Source of the DNA: Terriglobia bacterium
GTDB taxonomy: Bacteria > Acidobacteriota > Terriglobia > 20CM-2-55-15
NCBI GenBank assembly: GCA_965198225.1
Contig: CBDAOY010000006.1
Coordinates: forward strand, 768,001-832,000
Direction: 5' to 3'
DNA length: 64,000 bases
The notes below the pieces were generated by a model. It ran no database searches and was not told where the DNA came from. It saw only the letters and a list, made by a program, of their open reading frames with translations. The position numbers and the translations under genes are program-made. Shown here one piece after another: positions 30,201-40,000 of the stretch; position 1 is the first letter of the stretch, and each line of letters begins with the position of its first letter.

Positions 30201-31526
30201 GTGGCGGTGGGAGCGGTGAGCGCGCCTTTGCAGGTCACCGATGGCACGACGAGCGTGGAGGTGGTCGGCCTGCAGGTAGACCTGGCCGGTTTCGTCACCT
30301 TCGGTGGGGACTTCGGGTTCGAGAAGTCAGGAACCACGATCCGGGCGGCGGGTGCTCAGGTGTTCGCGAGGCTGGAAGCGGGCCCGTTTGCGGTCGGTGT
30401 GACGGGTGGGAGCCTGGCACTGATCCTGAATGACGACGGGACCCTGGCCCTGCAGGCGGGCGGCACCCTGGTATTCAGCGGCGGGAACTTCGCCAGTCCC
30501 AGCGCGACGTCGGTAACAGTCCGGTTCAACGACACGGGAACGAACGTCGACACGACGGTGGTGGTGGGAGCGGTGAGTGCGCCGCTGCAGGTCACCGACG
30601 GGACGACGAGCGTGGAAATCGTGGGCCTGCAGGTAGACCTGGCCGGTTTCGTCACCTTCGGTGGGGACTTCGGGTTCGAGAAGTCGGGCACCACGATAGT
30701 AGCGGCCGCCGATCAGGTGTCTGCGACGATGGTCGCGGGCCCGTTCTCGGTGGGTGTGACCGGCGGGACGCTGGCGCTGATCCTGAATGACGACGGAACG
30801 CTGGCCCTGCAGGCCGGCGGAAGCCTGACATTCACGGGCGGGAACTTCGCCAATGCGAGCGCGACGTCGGTGACGGTGAAGTTCAACGACACGGGAGCGA
30901 ACGTCGACACGACGGTGGTGGTGGGAGCGGTGAGTGCGCCGCTGCAGGTCACCGACGGGACGACGAGCGTGGAAATCGTGGGCCTGCAGGTAGACCTGGC
31001 CGGTTTCGTCACCTTCGGTGGGGACTTCGGGTTCGAGAAGTCGGGCACCACGATAGTAGCGGCCGCCGACCAGGTGTCCGCGACGCTGGCGGCGGGCCCG
31101 TTCGCGGTCGGCGTGACGGGCGGGACGCTGGCGCTGATCCTGAACGACGGAGGCACGCTGGCACTGCAAGCCAGTGGTGGTTTGGCCTTCTCGGGTGGCA
31201 ACTTCGCCAACGCCAGCGCAACGTCGGTAACGGTGAAGTTCAACGACACGGGAGCGAACGTCGACACGACGGTGACGGTGGGAGCGGTGAGTGCGCCGTT
31301 GCAGGTGACCAACGGCACGACGACCGTGACAGCGGTCGGGGTGTCGGTGGATCTGGCCGGTTTCGTCACCTTCGGTGGGGACTTCGGGTTCGAGAAGTCG
31401 GGCAGCACGATCACTGCGGCGGCCGATCAGGTGTTTGCGACGCTGGGAGCGGGTCCGTTTGCGGTCGGTGTGACGGGCGGGACGCTGACGACGGAACGCT
31501 GGCACTGCAGGCCGGCGGAAGCCTGA
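27282..31526 (+). CDS. Giant protein fragment 1 (LEPR-XLL leader, acidic linker, first 119-aa repeats)
   Basis: 1414-aa ORF; the last residues (TTERWHCRPAEA) are out-of-frame read-through after the deletion. Confidence 0.8.
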   Translation: MSRKRTHKRYELENLEPRILLSGDPLVGAVAALAPGDPDSEESALASTEEVLGSEESNVYDPPSADSESYDPSEPLDDIFSGLTGDDVSSDEAEEPAGGDETYDTDRPIGNSEEAQILLGLTELVRLGERVELSEALAAPLLGLGDASLGELVGLVEILDSRLAKSVYDYFGDAVDPPTGEGILQALSQSLNTLGDLGIKVSSLEGGFVSAAGELRFDVAFTASREGQLLLGDEETGSDQPHPADYVATLELDISFGVDLDRADGFFLAVRSFTLGLTVSTTDGGGSEPLAGRVDVGVEDADGDGRVGLGELQAINAGSPGLEIRTAGSLFDTAAENIAPSVLATAIEGAEAETSGLVLDGGLSGNSAATTNLAELDLGPGSTTVIEIGGTTAGTQYDQIIVAGNADLGGTLDIDLTSGFSPAVGDIFEVITYGSATGSFASFTDLNLGGGLELVPIQGPGSLLLIAVPDIAAAAGLLVAIQAELDKYINGTNTGDLTISPGSVQLDGFLQLLDLSLIFTGITHNGTNITAGSVTVEAGSALLFPGQPLFIGASDGGDGDALALSGTYDPVAETFSLVVDQLDVIVAGVFTAHADTVTVTYDPNDADPSQTLVTIGSADVIFQGLADTTATVSNLTIRKDGFSAANATVAAPDITWIGVFELTGLTLTFANLDYSTATQALAGTITVSATTVSLFETVGPFSSTVTGFTGSYDLQTKALSLSATSVDLDFGATLQVNLQSVAFDMDPGAETFRVSTGLSTATVAGFVGISGNFGLASESGDILVVADTVTATLDAGVFEVGVTGGTLALIVKADETVALQASGGLVFSGGNFANASATSVTVKFNNTGANVDTTVTVGAVSAPLQVTDGTTAVTAVGVSVDLAGFVTFGGDFGFEKSGTTIIASADQAFATLVAGPFAVGVTGGSLALILNDDGTLALQASGGLTFSGGNFANASATSVTVKYNDTGADVNTTVAVGAVSAPLQVTDGTTSVEVVGLQVDLAGFVTFGGDFGFEKSGTTIRAAGAQVFARLEAGPFAVGVTGGSLALILNDDGTLALQAGGTLVFSGGNFASPSATSVTVRFNDTGTNVDTTVVVGAVSAPLQVTDGTTSVEIVGLQVDLAGFVTFGGDFGFEKSGTTIVAAADQVSATMVAGPFSVGVTGGTLALILNDDGTLALQAGGSLTFTGGNFANASATSVTVKFNDTGANVDTTVVVGAVSAPLQVTDGTTSVEIVGLQVDLAGFVTFGGDFGFEKSGTTIVAAADQVSATLAAGPFAVGVTGGTLALILNDGGTLALQASGGLAFSGGNFANASATSVTVKFNDTGANVDTTVTVGAVSAPLQVTNGTTTVTAVGVSVDLAGFVTFGGDFGFEKSGSTITAAADQVFATLGAGPFAVGVTGGTLTTERWHCRPAEA

Positions 31527-33140
31527 CATTCACGGGCGGGAACTTTGCCAACGCGAGCGCGACATCGGTGACGGTGAAGTTCAACGACACGGGAGCGAAC
31601 GTCGACACGAGTGTGACGGTGGGAGCGGTGACGGCGCCGTTGCAGGTGACGGACGGGACGACGAGCGTGGAGGTGATCGGCCTGCAGGTGGATCTGGCGG
31701 GTTTTGTCACCTTCGGCGGGGATTTCGGGTTCGAGAAGTCGGGCACGACGATCCGGGCGGCGGCCGATCAAGTGTTTGCGACGCTGGGAGCGGGCCCGTT
31801 TGCGGTGGGAGTGACGGGCGGGGCCCTGGCGCTGATCCTGAATGACGACGGAACGCTGGCACTGCAGGCCGGCGGAAGCCTGACGTTCACGGGCGGGAGC
31901 TTCGCTAACGCGAGCGCGACGTCGGTGACGGTGCGGTTCAACGACACGGGAGCGAACGTCGACACGACGGTGGCGGTAGGAGCGGTAAGTGCGCCGCTGC
32001 AGGTCACCGACGGGACGACGAGCGTGGAAATCGTGGGCCTGCAGGTGGACCTGGCCGGTTTCGTCACCTTCGGTGGGGACTTCGGGTTCCAGAAGTCGGG
32101 CAGCACGATCATAGCGGCGGCCGATCAGGTGTTCGCGACGCTGGAAGCTGGCCCGTTTGCGGTGGGAGTGACGGGTGGGACGCTGGCGCTGATCCTGAAC
32201 GACGGTGGCACGCTGGCGCTGCAGGCCGGCGGCAGCCTGGTATTCAGCGGCGGGAGCTTCGCCAACGCGAGCGCGACGTCGGTGACGGTGCGGTTCAACG
32301 ACACGGGAGCGAACGTCGACACGACGGTGGCGGTAGGAGCGGTGAGTGCGCCGCTGCAGGTAACCGACGGCACGACGAGCGTGGAAGTGGTCGGGCTGCA
32401 GGTGGACCTGGCCGGTTTCGTCACCTTCGGTGGGGACTTCGGGTTCGAGAAGTCGGGCAGCACGATCACTGCGGCGGCCGATCAGGTGTTTGCGACGCTG
32501 GAAGCTGGCCCGTTTGCGGTGGGAGTGACGGGTGGGACGCTGGCGCTGATCCTGAACGACGGTGGCACGCTGGCACTGCAAGCCAGTGGTGGTTTGACCT
32601 TCTCGGGAGGGAACTTCGCCAACCCCAGCGCGACGTCGGTGACGGTGCGGTTCAACGACACGGGAGCGAACGTCGATACGACGGTCACGGTTGGAGCAGT
32701 GAGCGCACCGCTGCAGGTCACCGATGGGACGACGAGTGTGGAAGTGGTCGGGCTGTCGGTGGATCTGGCCGGTTTCGTCACTTTCGGCGGAGACTTCGCG
32801 TTCCAGAAGACTGGGGCTCCCGGAAGCGAGACCATTATCGCGGCAGCGGATCAGGTGTCCGCCACAATGGGAGCGGGTTCGTTCGGCGTCGGGGTTACCG
32901 GCGGGACCCTGGGGCTGATCCTCAACCCCGACGGTACGCTGGCACTACAGGCGGGCGGCGCCCTCTTCCTGACGGCCGGCGACTTCGCCAACGCCAGCGC
33001 GACGTCGGTCACGGTCCGATTCAACGACACAGGTGCGAACATCGACACGACGGTGACCGTGGGAGCGGTGAGCGCTCCGTTGCAGGTGACCGATGGCGTG
33101 ACGAGTGTGGAAGTGCTGGGCCTGTCGGTGGACGTGGCCG
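29574..33140 (+). repeat. Intragenic tandem repeat A: ~10 units of 357 bp (119 aa)
   Basis: GFVTFGGDFGFEK anchor codons at 29931, 30288, 30645, 31002, 31359, 31700 (341-bp unit), 32057, 32414, 32771, with degenerate flanks at 29574 and 33140. Confidence 0.92.
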
Positions 33141-36100
33141 GTTTCCTGACTCTGAGCGGGAATCTGGGATTCAGTCGGGCCGGGGCCAACATCCATGGAG
33201 TCGGGGACCAGGTGACGGCGCGGATGGAAGTCGATCCGACCGTGTACGTGGAACTGGCGAATGCGGAGTTCGGTCTGATCGCCGGCCCGGGGACCTTCGC
33301 GTTCGAGCTGAAGAACGGGGCGCTGACGATCGCGCTGGGCCCGTTGGGACCGATCACCTCCACCGCAGTCCTCGTTCAGTTTACAGCCCCCACCACGACC
33401 GTGACGGCCGGCACCGCGCTCAGTGTCGGTTCCCTCAACTACACGTTCGATAACGATATTGCGCTGAATACTGTCGCCTTCGCTGTCTTCGGCCTCAATG
33501 TCGACGTGGCCAGCGTTTTCACGCTGACGGGGGATCTTGGATTCAAGAAATCAGGCCTGAATGACATCGTAGCTGTGGGCAACAACGTGACGGTGCGGCT
33601 GGAAGTCACGCCGTCGGTGTATGTGGAACTGGCGAACGCGGAATTCGGTCTGATCTCGGGCTTGGGGAAATTCGCCTTCGAGCTGAAGAACGGGGCGCTG
33701 ACGATCGCGCTGGGCCCGATCACCAACATTACCGCCACCGCGGTCTTTGTCCAGTTCTCGGGTCCGACAACGACGGTGTCGGCGGCTACGACGATTGCAG
33801 TCGGGCCGCTCAGCTACACGTTCGATAACGCGATTGCGACGAGCACGGTCGCCTTCGCCCTCCAGGGCTTCAGTTTCGATATCGGCGGGGTCTTCAGCCT
33901 GAGCGGGGACCTGGGGTTCAAGAAGTCGGGTACGCTGCCCGAAATCGTGGCGGTGGGCAACAACGTGACGGTGCGGCTGGAAGTCACCCCGTCGGTGTAT
34001 GTGGAACTCGCCGGTGCGGAGTTCGGTCTGATCTCGGGCACGGGGAAATTCGCCTTCGAGATGAAGAACGGAGCGTTGACGCTGGCGCTGGGCCCGATCA
34101 CCAACATTACGGCCAGCTCGGTCTTCGTCCAGTTTTCGGGTCCGACGACGACGGTGACGTCGGGCAAGTCGATTTCGGTCGGCCCCCTCAGCTACACGTT
34201 CGACAACGATATCGCGGTGAGCACGGTTGCCTTCGCCCTCCAGGGCTTCAGTTTCGATATCGGCGGGGTCTTCAGCCTGAGCGGGGATCTGGGATTCAAG
34301 AAGTCGGGTACGCTGCCCGAAATCGTGGCGGTGGGCAACAACGTGACGGTGCGGCTGGAAGTCACGCCGTCGGTGTATGTGGAACTCGCCGGTGCGGAGT
34401 TCGGTCTGATCTCGGGCACGGGGAAATTCGCCTTCGAGATGAAGAACGGAGCGTTGACGCTGGCGCTGGGCCCGATCACCAACATTACGGCCAGCTCGGT
34501 CTTCGTCCAGTTTTCGGGTCCGACGACGACGGTGACGTCGGGCAAGTCGATTTCGGTCGGTCCCCTCAGCTATACGTTCGACAACGCGATCGCGGTGAGC
34601 ACGGTCGCCTTCGCCCTCCAGGGCTTCAGCTTCGACATCGGGGTCTTCAGCCTGAGCGGGGACCTGGGGTTCAAGAAGTCGGGCACGCTGCCCGAGATCG
34701 TAGCGGTGGGCAACAACGTGACGGTGCGGCTGGAAGCCACCTCGTCGGTGTACGTGGAGCTGGCGAACGCGGACTTCGGCCTGATCTCGGGTTCTGGGAA
34801 ATTCGTCTTTGAGATGAAGAACGGGTCGCTGGATCTCCAGCTGGGCCCGATCGCCAACATCACGGCCGTCCAGGTGTTCGTCCAATTCTCGAACCCGAGC
34901 CCGACGTCGACCGTTTCGGCGGGGACGACAATTGCGGTCGGCCCGGTCAGCTACACCTTCGATCAGGCGATCGTGTCGAACACCATCGCCTTCGCCGTGG
35001 TGGGCTTGGATGCGGACATCGGCGGGGTGTTCAGCCTCAGCGGTGACATTGGATTCAAGAAGTCCGGTGTGTTACCGGAGATTCTGGCGGTAGGCAACAA
35101 CGTGACGGTGCGTCTGGAAGCCACCTCCTCGGTGTATGTGGAGCTGGCCAACGCGGAATTCGGTCTGATTGCCGGCTCGGGGAAATTCGTCTTTGAGATG
35201 AAGAACGGGTCGCTGGATCTCCAGCTGGGTCCGATCGCCAACATCACCGCCGTCCAGGTCTTCGTCCAGTTCTCGAACCCGAACCCGTTGTCGACGGTGT
35301 CGGCGGGGACGACGATTTCGGTCGGCCCGGTCAGCTACACCTTCGACGAGACGATCGTATCGAACACCATCGCCTTCGCCGTGGTGGGCCTGAATGCGGA
35401 CATCGGCGGAGTGTTCAGCCTCAGCGGTGACATTGGATTCAAGAAATCCGGTGTGTTACCGGAAATCCTGGCGGTAGGCAACAACGTGACGGTGCGGCTG
35501 GAAGCCACCTCGTCGGTGTATGCGGAGCTGGCCAACGCGGACTTCGGCCTGATTGCGGGCTCGGGGAAACTCGTCTTCGAGATGAAGAACGGGTCGCTGG
35601 ATCTCCAGCTGGGCCCGCTCGCCAACATCACCGCCGTCTCGGTGTTCGTGCAGTTCTCGAGCCCGAACCCGTTGTCGACGGTTTCGGCGGGGACGACGAT
35701 CGCGGTCGGTCCGGTCAACTACACATTCGATCAGGCGATCGCCTCGAACACCATCGCCTTCGCCGTCGTCGGCCTGAGTGCGGACATCGGCGGAGTGTTC
35801 AGTATCAGCGGCGATGTTGGATTCAAGAAGTCCGGCCTGTTGCCGGAGATCATCGGGGTCGGCAACAACGTGACGGTGCGGCTGGAGGCCACGTCGTCGG
35901 TGTACGTGGAGCTGGCGAACGCGGACTTCGGCCTGGTAGCGGGCTCCGGGAAATTCGGCTTTGAGATGAAGAACGGCGTGCTGGATGTCCAACTCGCCCC
36001 GCTGGCCAACGTCACCGCCACCGACATCTTCGTCCAGTTCACAAGTCCGACGACGTTGATCACGGCCGGAACGACGATCGCGGTCGGCCCCGTCAGCTAC

Positions 36101-37024
36101 ACGTTCGATGCCCAGATCCTGCCGAACACCATCGCCTTTGCCGCGGTCGGCCTCGACGCCAATGTAGGCGGAGTCCTCACGATCACCGGGGATCTGGGAT
36201 TCAGTAAATCACTGACCCTCATCAAGGTGGTGGCCAACAACCTAACTGCGCGTCTGGCAGTGGGCTCGGTGTCTGTGGAAGTGGCGAACGCGAGTTTCGG
36301 CCTGAAAGCCGGCCTGGAGAACGGCAATGCCGTGTTCGCCTTTGAACTGAAAGACGGCACGCTCAATGTCGATCTGAGCCCGGTGGGGACTCTAAACGTC
36401 ACCAGAATCTTCGTCCAGGTTACGGGCCCGACGACGACGATTACGGCCGGCGATATCATCCAGATCGGTCCAGCTCAGTACGTTTTCGGGAGCGACATTG
36501 CGGCGAGCACGATCGCCATCTTTGTCGAGGGTAATCTGCAGCTGGGTACAGGCGGTTTTCGGCTCGATGGCACGTTCGAGTTCGTTGCGACCCCGAGTTT
36601 TGTGAGGCTCCTGGTCATTGCCTCCATGAACATGGCTCCGCTCAACGGCCAGTTGCTGGTTAGCGGTGACCTGAGAATATCGGATGCCGGCATCGTCGGC
36701 GGTCTGGCGCTCGGCGGCCAGTTGACGCTTGGGCCATTGACCATAGTTGGGGCGTTCACACTGGAAGTGAACTCGACCACATCGCAGCAGACCGTACAGC
36801 GTTTCGTTTTCGACTCCGGCACTGAGACATTCGCGGTCGACGGCGCGGGTACACCGATCACCCAGAGCGTCGCCGTCGCGGCAGGAACCGTCCGTCTGTT
36901 CGCCTTCGCGAAGATCAAGCTAGGAGTCTGCGCGGCAGAAGAAAGTACATTCACGCTAAGCTCTATACCCACAGCATACTGTGGGCCTGATGGCCTAAAA
37001 ACGTTCTGCCGCGCAGACTCCTAG
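31568..37024 (+). CDS. Giant protein fragment 2 (119-aa and 126-128-aa beta-rich repeats)
   Basis: 1818-aa ORF continuing repeat A in another frame; it reads through the MITE and stops at the TAG of the duplicated CTAG. Confidence 0.75.
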   Translation: MTVKFNDTGANVDTSVTVGAVTAPLQVTDGTTSVEVIGLQVDLAGFVTFGGDFGFEKSGTTIRAAADQVFATLGAGPFAVGVTGGALALILNDDGTLALQAGGSLTFTGGSFANASATSVTVRFNDTGANVDTTVAVGAVSAPLQVTDGTTSVEIVGLQVDLAGFVTFGGDFGFQKSGSTIIAAADQVFATLEAGPFAVGVTGGTLALILNDGGTLALQAGGSLVFSGGSFANASATSVTVRFNDTGANVDTTVAVGAVSAPLQVTDGTTSVEVVGLQVDLAGFVTFGGDFGFEKSGSTITAAADQVFATLEAGPFAVGVTGGTLALILNDGGTLALQASGGLTFSGGNFANPSATSVTVRFNDTGANVDTTVTVGAVSAPLQVTDGTTSVEVVGLSVDLAGFVTFGGDFAFQKTGAPGSETIIAAADQVSATMGAGSFGVGVTGGTLGLILNPDGTLALQAGGALFLTAGDFANASATSVTVRFNDTGANIDTTVTVGAVSAPLQVTDGVTSVEVLGLSVDVAGFLTLSGNLGFSRAGANIHGVGDQVTARMEVDPTVYVELANAEFGLIAGPGTFAFELKNGALTIALGPLGPITSTAVLVQFTAPTTTVTAGTALSVGSLNYTFDNDIALNTVAFAVFGLNVDVASVFTLTGDLGFKKSGLNDIVAVGNNVTVRLEVTPSVYVELANAEFGLISGLGKFAFELKNGALTIALGPITNITATAVFVQFSGPTTTVSAATTIAVGPLSYTFDNAIATSTVAFALQGFSFDIGGVFSLSGDLGFKKSGTLPEIVAVGNNVTVRLEVTPSVYVELAGAEFGLISGTGKFAFEMKNGALTLALGPITNITASSVFVQFSGPTTTVTSGKSISVGPLSYTFDNDIAVSTVAFALQGFSFDIGGVFSLSGDLGFKKSGTLPEIVAVGNNVTVRLEVTPSVYVELAGAEFGLISGTGKFAFEMKNGALTLALGPITNITASSVFVQFSGPTTTVTSGKSISVGPLSYTFDNAIAVSTVAFALQGFSFDIGVFSLSGDLGFKKSGTLPEIVAVGNNVTVRLEATSSVYVELANADFGLISGSGKFVFEMKNGSLDLQLGPIANITAVQVFVQFSNPSPTSTVSAGTTIAVGPVSYTFDQAIVSNTIAFAVVGLDADIGGVFSLSGDIGFKKSGVLPEILAVGNNVTVRLEATSSVYVELANAEFGLIAGSGKFVFEMKNGSLDLQLGPIANITAVQVFVQFSNPNPLSTVSAGTTISVGPVSYTFDETIVSNTIAFAVVGLNADIGGVFSLSGDIGFKKSGVLPEILAVGNNVTVRLEATSSVYAELANADFGLIAGSGKLVFEMKNGSLDLQLGPLANITAVSVFVQFSSPNPLSTVSAGTTIAVGPVNYTFDQAIASNTIAFAVVGLSADIGGVFSISGDVGFKKSGLLPEIIGVGNNVTVRLEATSSVYVELANADFGLVAGSGKFGFEMKNGVLDVQLAPLANVTATDIFVQFTSPTTLITAGTTIAVGPVSYTFDAQILPNTIAFAAVGLDANVGGVLTITGDLGFSKSLTLIKVVANNLTARLAVGSVSVEVANASFGLKAGLENGNAVFAFELKDGTLNVDLSPVGTLNVTRIFVQVTGPTTTITAGDIIQIGPAQYVFGSDIAASTIAIFVEGNLQLGTGGFRLDGTFEFVATPSFVRLLVIASMNMAPLNGQLLVSGDLRISDAGIVGGLALGGQLTLGPLTIVGAFTLEVNSTTSQQTVQRFVFDSGTETFAVDGAGTPITQSVAVAAGTVRLFAFAKIKLGVCAAEESTFTLSSIPTAYCGPDGLKTFCRADS
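33150..36520 (+). repeat. Intragenic tandem repeat B: ~9 units of 375-384 bp (125-128 aa)
   Basis: Recurring GDLGFKKSG...VGNNVTVRLE...VYVELANA.FGLI.G.GKF.FEMKNG...VFVQF...VGP.SYTFD; boundaries approximate. Confidence 0.88.
36920..37024. mobile_element. 97-bp MITE (36924-37020) with 17-bp perfect terminal inverted repeats and CTAG target duplication
   Basis: CTAG-GAGTCTGCGCGGCAGAA...TTCTGCCGCGCAGACTC-CTAG; excision restores ...KIKL-AGSFTLEGSVTFENTPTHVALDVDM. Can equally be read as 18-bp repeats with a TA duplication. Confidence 0.92.
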
Positions 37025-37077
37025 CCGGCAGTTTCACACTTGAGGGAAGCGTTACCTTTGAGAACACACCGACTCAT

Positions 37078-40000
37078 GTGGCGCTCGACGTCGACATGTC
37101 GATGCAGTTCTTCTCGGTCCAACTGCGGGTTGTGGGCGCCGCCAGAATCGTCAAGACAGGATCGACGGGCCTGGTGCTCAATCTCGGCGCCACGCTCAGT
37201 GCCAGTGCGTTCGGCGTGTCCGGCATCTTCGACTTCTCGGCCGATCTGAGGTTGCAGCTCAACACCCGCGGTGGCACCGGCTCGGACGCCAACGATCTGG
37301 GCGTTCCGAGGCAAACGTTCCGCGTCGAAGTGACCAACGCGACGCTGACGCTCCTGGGATTCATCACGCTCAACGGCTCTGGCTTCGTGCAATTCAGCCA
37401 GGGCGTCTTCAGCATGCAGGTGAGCCTTTCGGGGAACTTCCTCAACCTGGTCACGATGAGCGGGTCCGCGTTCTTTAGCTCGGAAGGCGAATTCGAGGTG
37501 ATACTCGACGGCGGTATCTTCCTGGGAGTCACCGGGTTCAACGTTTCAGGTAGCGCTCATATCGAGGTGAGCCTGCTCGATAGCAACGGGAAATCGCCTT
37601 TGGGTACGGGCACCAAGGTTCTCAACATCGCGGGGTCGGCAACGGCTTCGGCTACGATCTTTTTCATCCCCATTGGCCCATTCACTATCGGTTTTGCCTA
37701 TAACTCCGGGACGGGCGATATCACCATCAGCGTCGGCCCGGTTCCGGTTCCGGGCATTGAGTGGGTGACGGTCGACTTAGGATTCTTCGGCTCGGCCCGC
37801 ATCCCGTATCCGACGATTACGTTCAAGTCTTTCAGCTTTACGATCGGTAGGCTGAAGCTTGGCGCTCCTCCACCGCCGCCTGTCCTGGGTTTTGTCAACT
37901 CCGGTGGCCGATTGACGCTGAACGTCGGCCCCAGAGCCGTCGACCGCAACTTACAGGAGGGTGAAATCGACGAAGGGGTCATCATCGAGGGCGTTGGCCC
38001 CTTGACCGGCGGCAGACAGACGATCAGGGTCTCCATGTTCGGCGTGACCCAGGTGTTTAACAACGTCGCCGACATCATGATCGAGGATATGGCGGCGGGT
38101 AACGATTTCGTGGAGGTCGCCAGCTCCGTCGCGGTCCCGATTGAGGCGCACCTGGGAGGTGGCGCAGACATATTCAACTCCGCCGGTTCGGGTGTGGTGA
38201 CGGTTCACGGAGACGTTGGCGACGACCGGTTGCAAGGTGGCAGTGCCGCCGATCACTTGTTCGGAGGGCCTGGTTCGGATGAGTTTACAGGAAGGGCAGG
38301 TGCGGACACGATTAGCGGGGGCAACGATGGTGACCGCGTCAACTGGAATGTCGGTGACGGCAACGACTCCATCAACGATACCGGCACCGGAGGAAGCGAT
38401 CAGGTCATTGTTTTCGGAACGTTCAATCCCGACCAGATGACCATCAGCGGTAGTGGTGCCGGCTTCACCGTTGCTGTTGGAGCGGAGACCTTGGTCGTCA
38501 ACGGTGTTGAACTTGCCGAGCTCGACGGTGGCGATGGAGGCGACACGTTCACGATCAACAACTTGACCTCCACCCTCTCGGTCAATCTCCTACTCGGTGC
38601 TGGCGCAGCCGACACGGTAACCTTCAATGGCTCGGCCGGCCCCGAAGCCTTTGACCTCTCAACCGCGGTGGCCAGCCGCCCGGTCGTGGTTGGTGGTGTG
38701 CCGACTGTCAGCAACGTCAATGTCTTCCGGCTCTCTGAGCTGGGTGCTGCGACGGTCGACGTCATCGACGCCTCGGCAGGTGACACGGTCACGCTTGGTG
38801 GCGGGGGCGGTAACGACGTCATCAACGTACGCAGCCTCCGGTCCGGACTGCCGACGACCGTGAACGGCGGTGGGGGCGCGGATACGATCAATGTGGGCAC
38901 CAACGCCCTCGGTACGACCTCGAACCCGTCCAACAACAGCGGCGGCAACCTGAACAAAATCGCAGCGTTGCTGACGGTCAACGGCAATGGCGGCGGCGAC
39001 ACGCTGAACGTGGACGACGGGGTCGACGGCGCCGGGAACACGGGCGTTCTGACCGCGACGGCGATCACCCAGTTGGGTATGGGTGGAAGCATCACCTACG
39101 GCACGGTCCAGACGTTGACTATCGGTCTGGGCTCGGGTGGAGACGGATTCACAATCCAGAGCACGCACGGCGGCACAACCAACCTGAACACGAACAATGG
39201 CGCCGACACGGTACATGTGAACAGTGCCAGCGGCATTCTGAACGTTGTCGGTGGAAACGGGACGGACACCTTCAACGTGAACGCCACTAACAGCTCGAGT
39301 GTTTCCACTCTGAACGGATCCGGCGACGCCGATACCTTTAACGTTCATGCGATGAACGGCCAGGTGACGGTGAACGCTGGTGGCGGGTCCGACACGGTCA
39401 ACGTCGGGTCGCTCGCGCCGGGCACTGGCGGAAACGTCAACGCTATCGCAGGCCACCTGACGGTCAACGGCAATGGCAGCGCCGACACGCTGAACGTGGA
39501 CGACACGGGCGACGGCGCCGGGAACACGGGCCAGCTGACCAACACGACGATCACCGGGCTGGGCATGGGCGGGAGCATCACCTACGGCACGGTCGAGACA
39601 TTGAATATCGGCCTGGGATCGGGTGGAGACGTATTCACAATCCAGAGCACGCACGGCGGCACGACCAACCTGAACGGCAACGGCGGAGCGGACATCACCA
39701 ATATCCGCACGATCAGCGGTACCACAACCGTCGGTACCGGCGCCGGCGCCGACACCATCAATGTTGGCAGCAACGCCCAGGGTAATTCCAGCGACCCGGA
39801 TAACAACGCCGGCGGCACGCTGAACGGCATCGACGCCTTGCTGACCATCACCGGCGGTGGGAGCGGCGGCGACAGGGACTCGCTAACGGTTGACGATACC
39901 GCCGACGCCGCAGCCAACACCGGCATCCTGACCAGTAGCCGCCTGACCGGCCTGGGCATGGGCAACCCCGACCAGTCGGTTGTCGCAGCGACGCTCGGCA

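Noticed and set aside
31476-31530. Programmed ribosomal frameshift joining fragments 1 and 2
   Set aside because: No slippery heptamer; comparison with sister repeats shows a simple 16-bp deletion.
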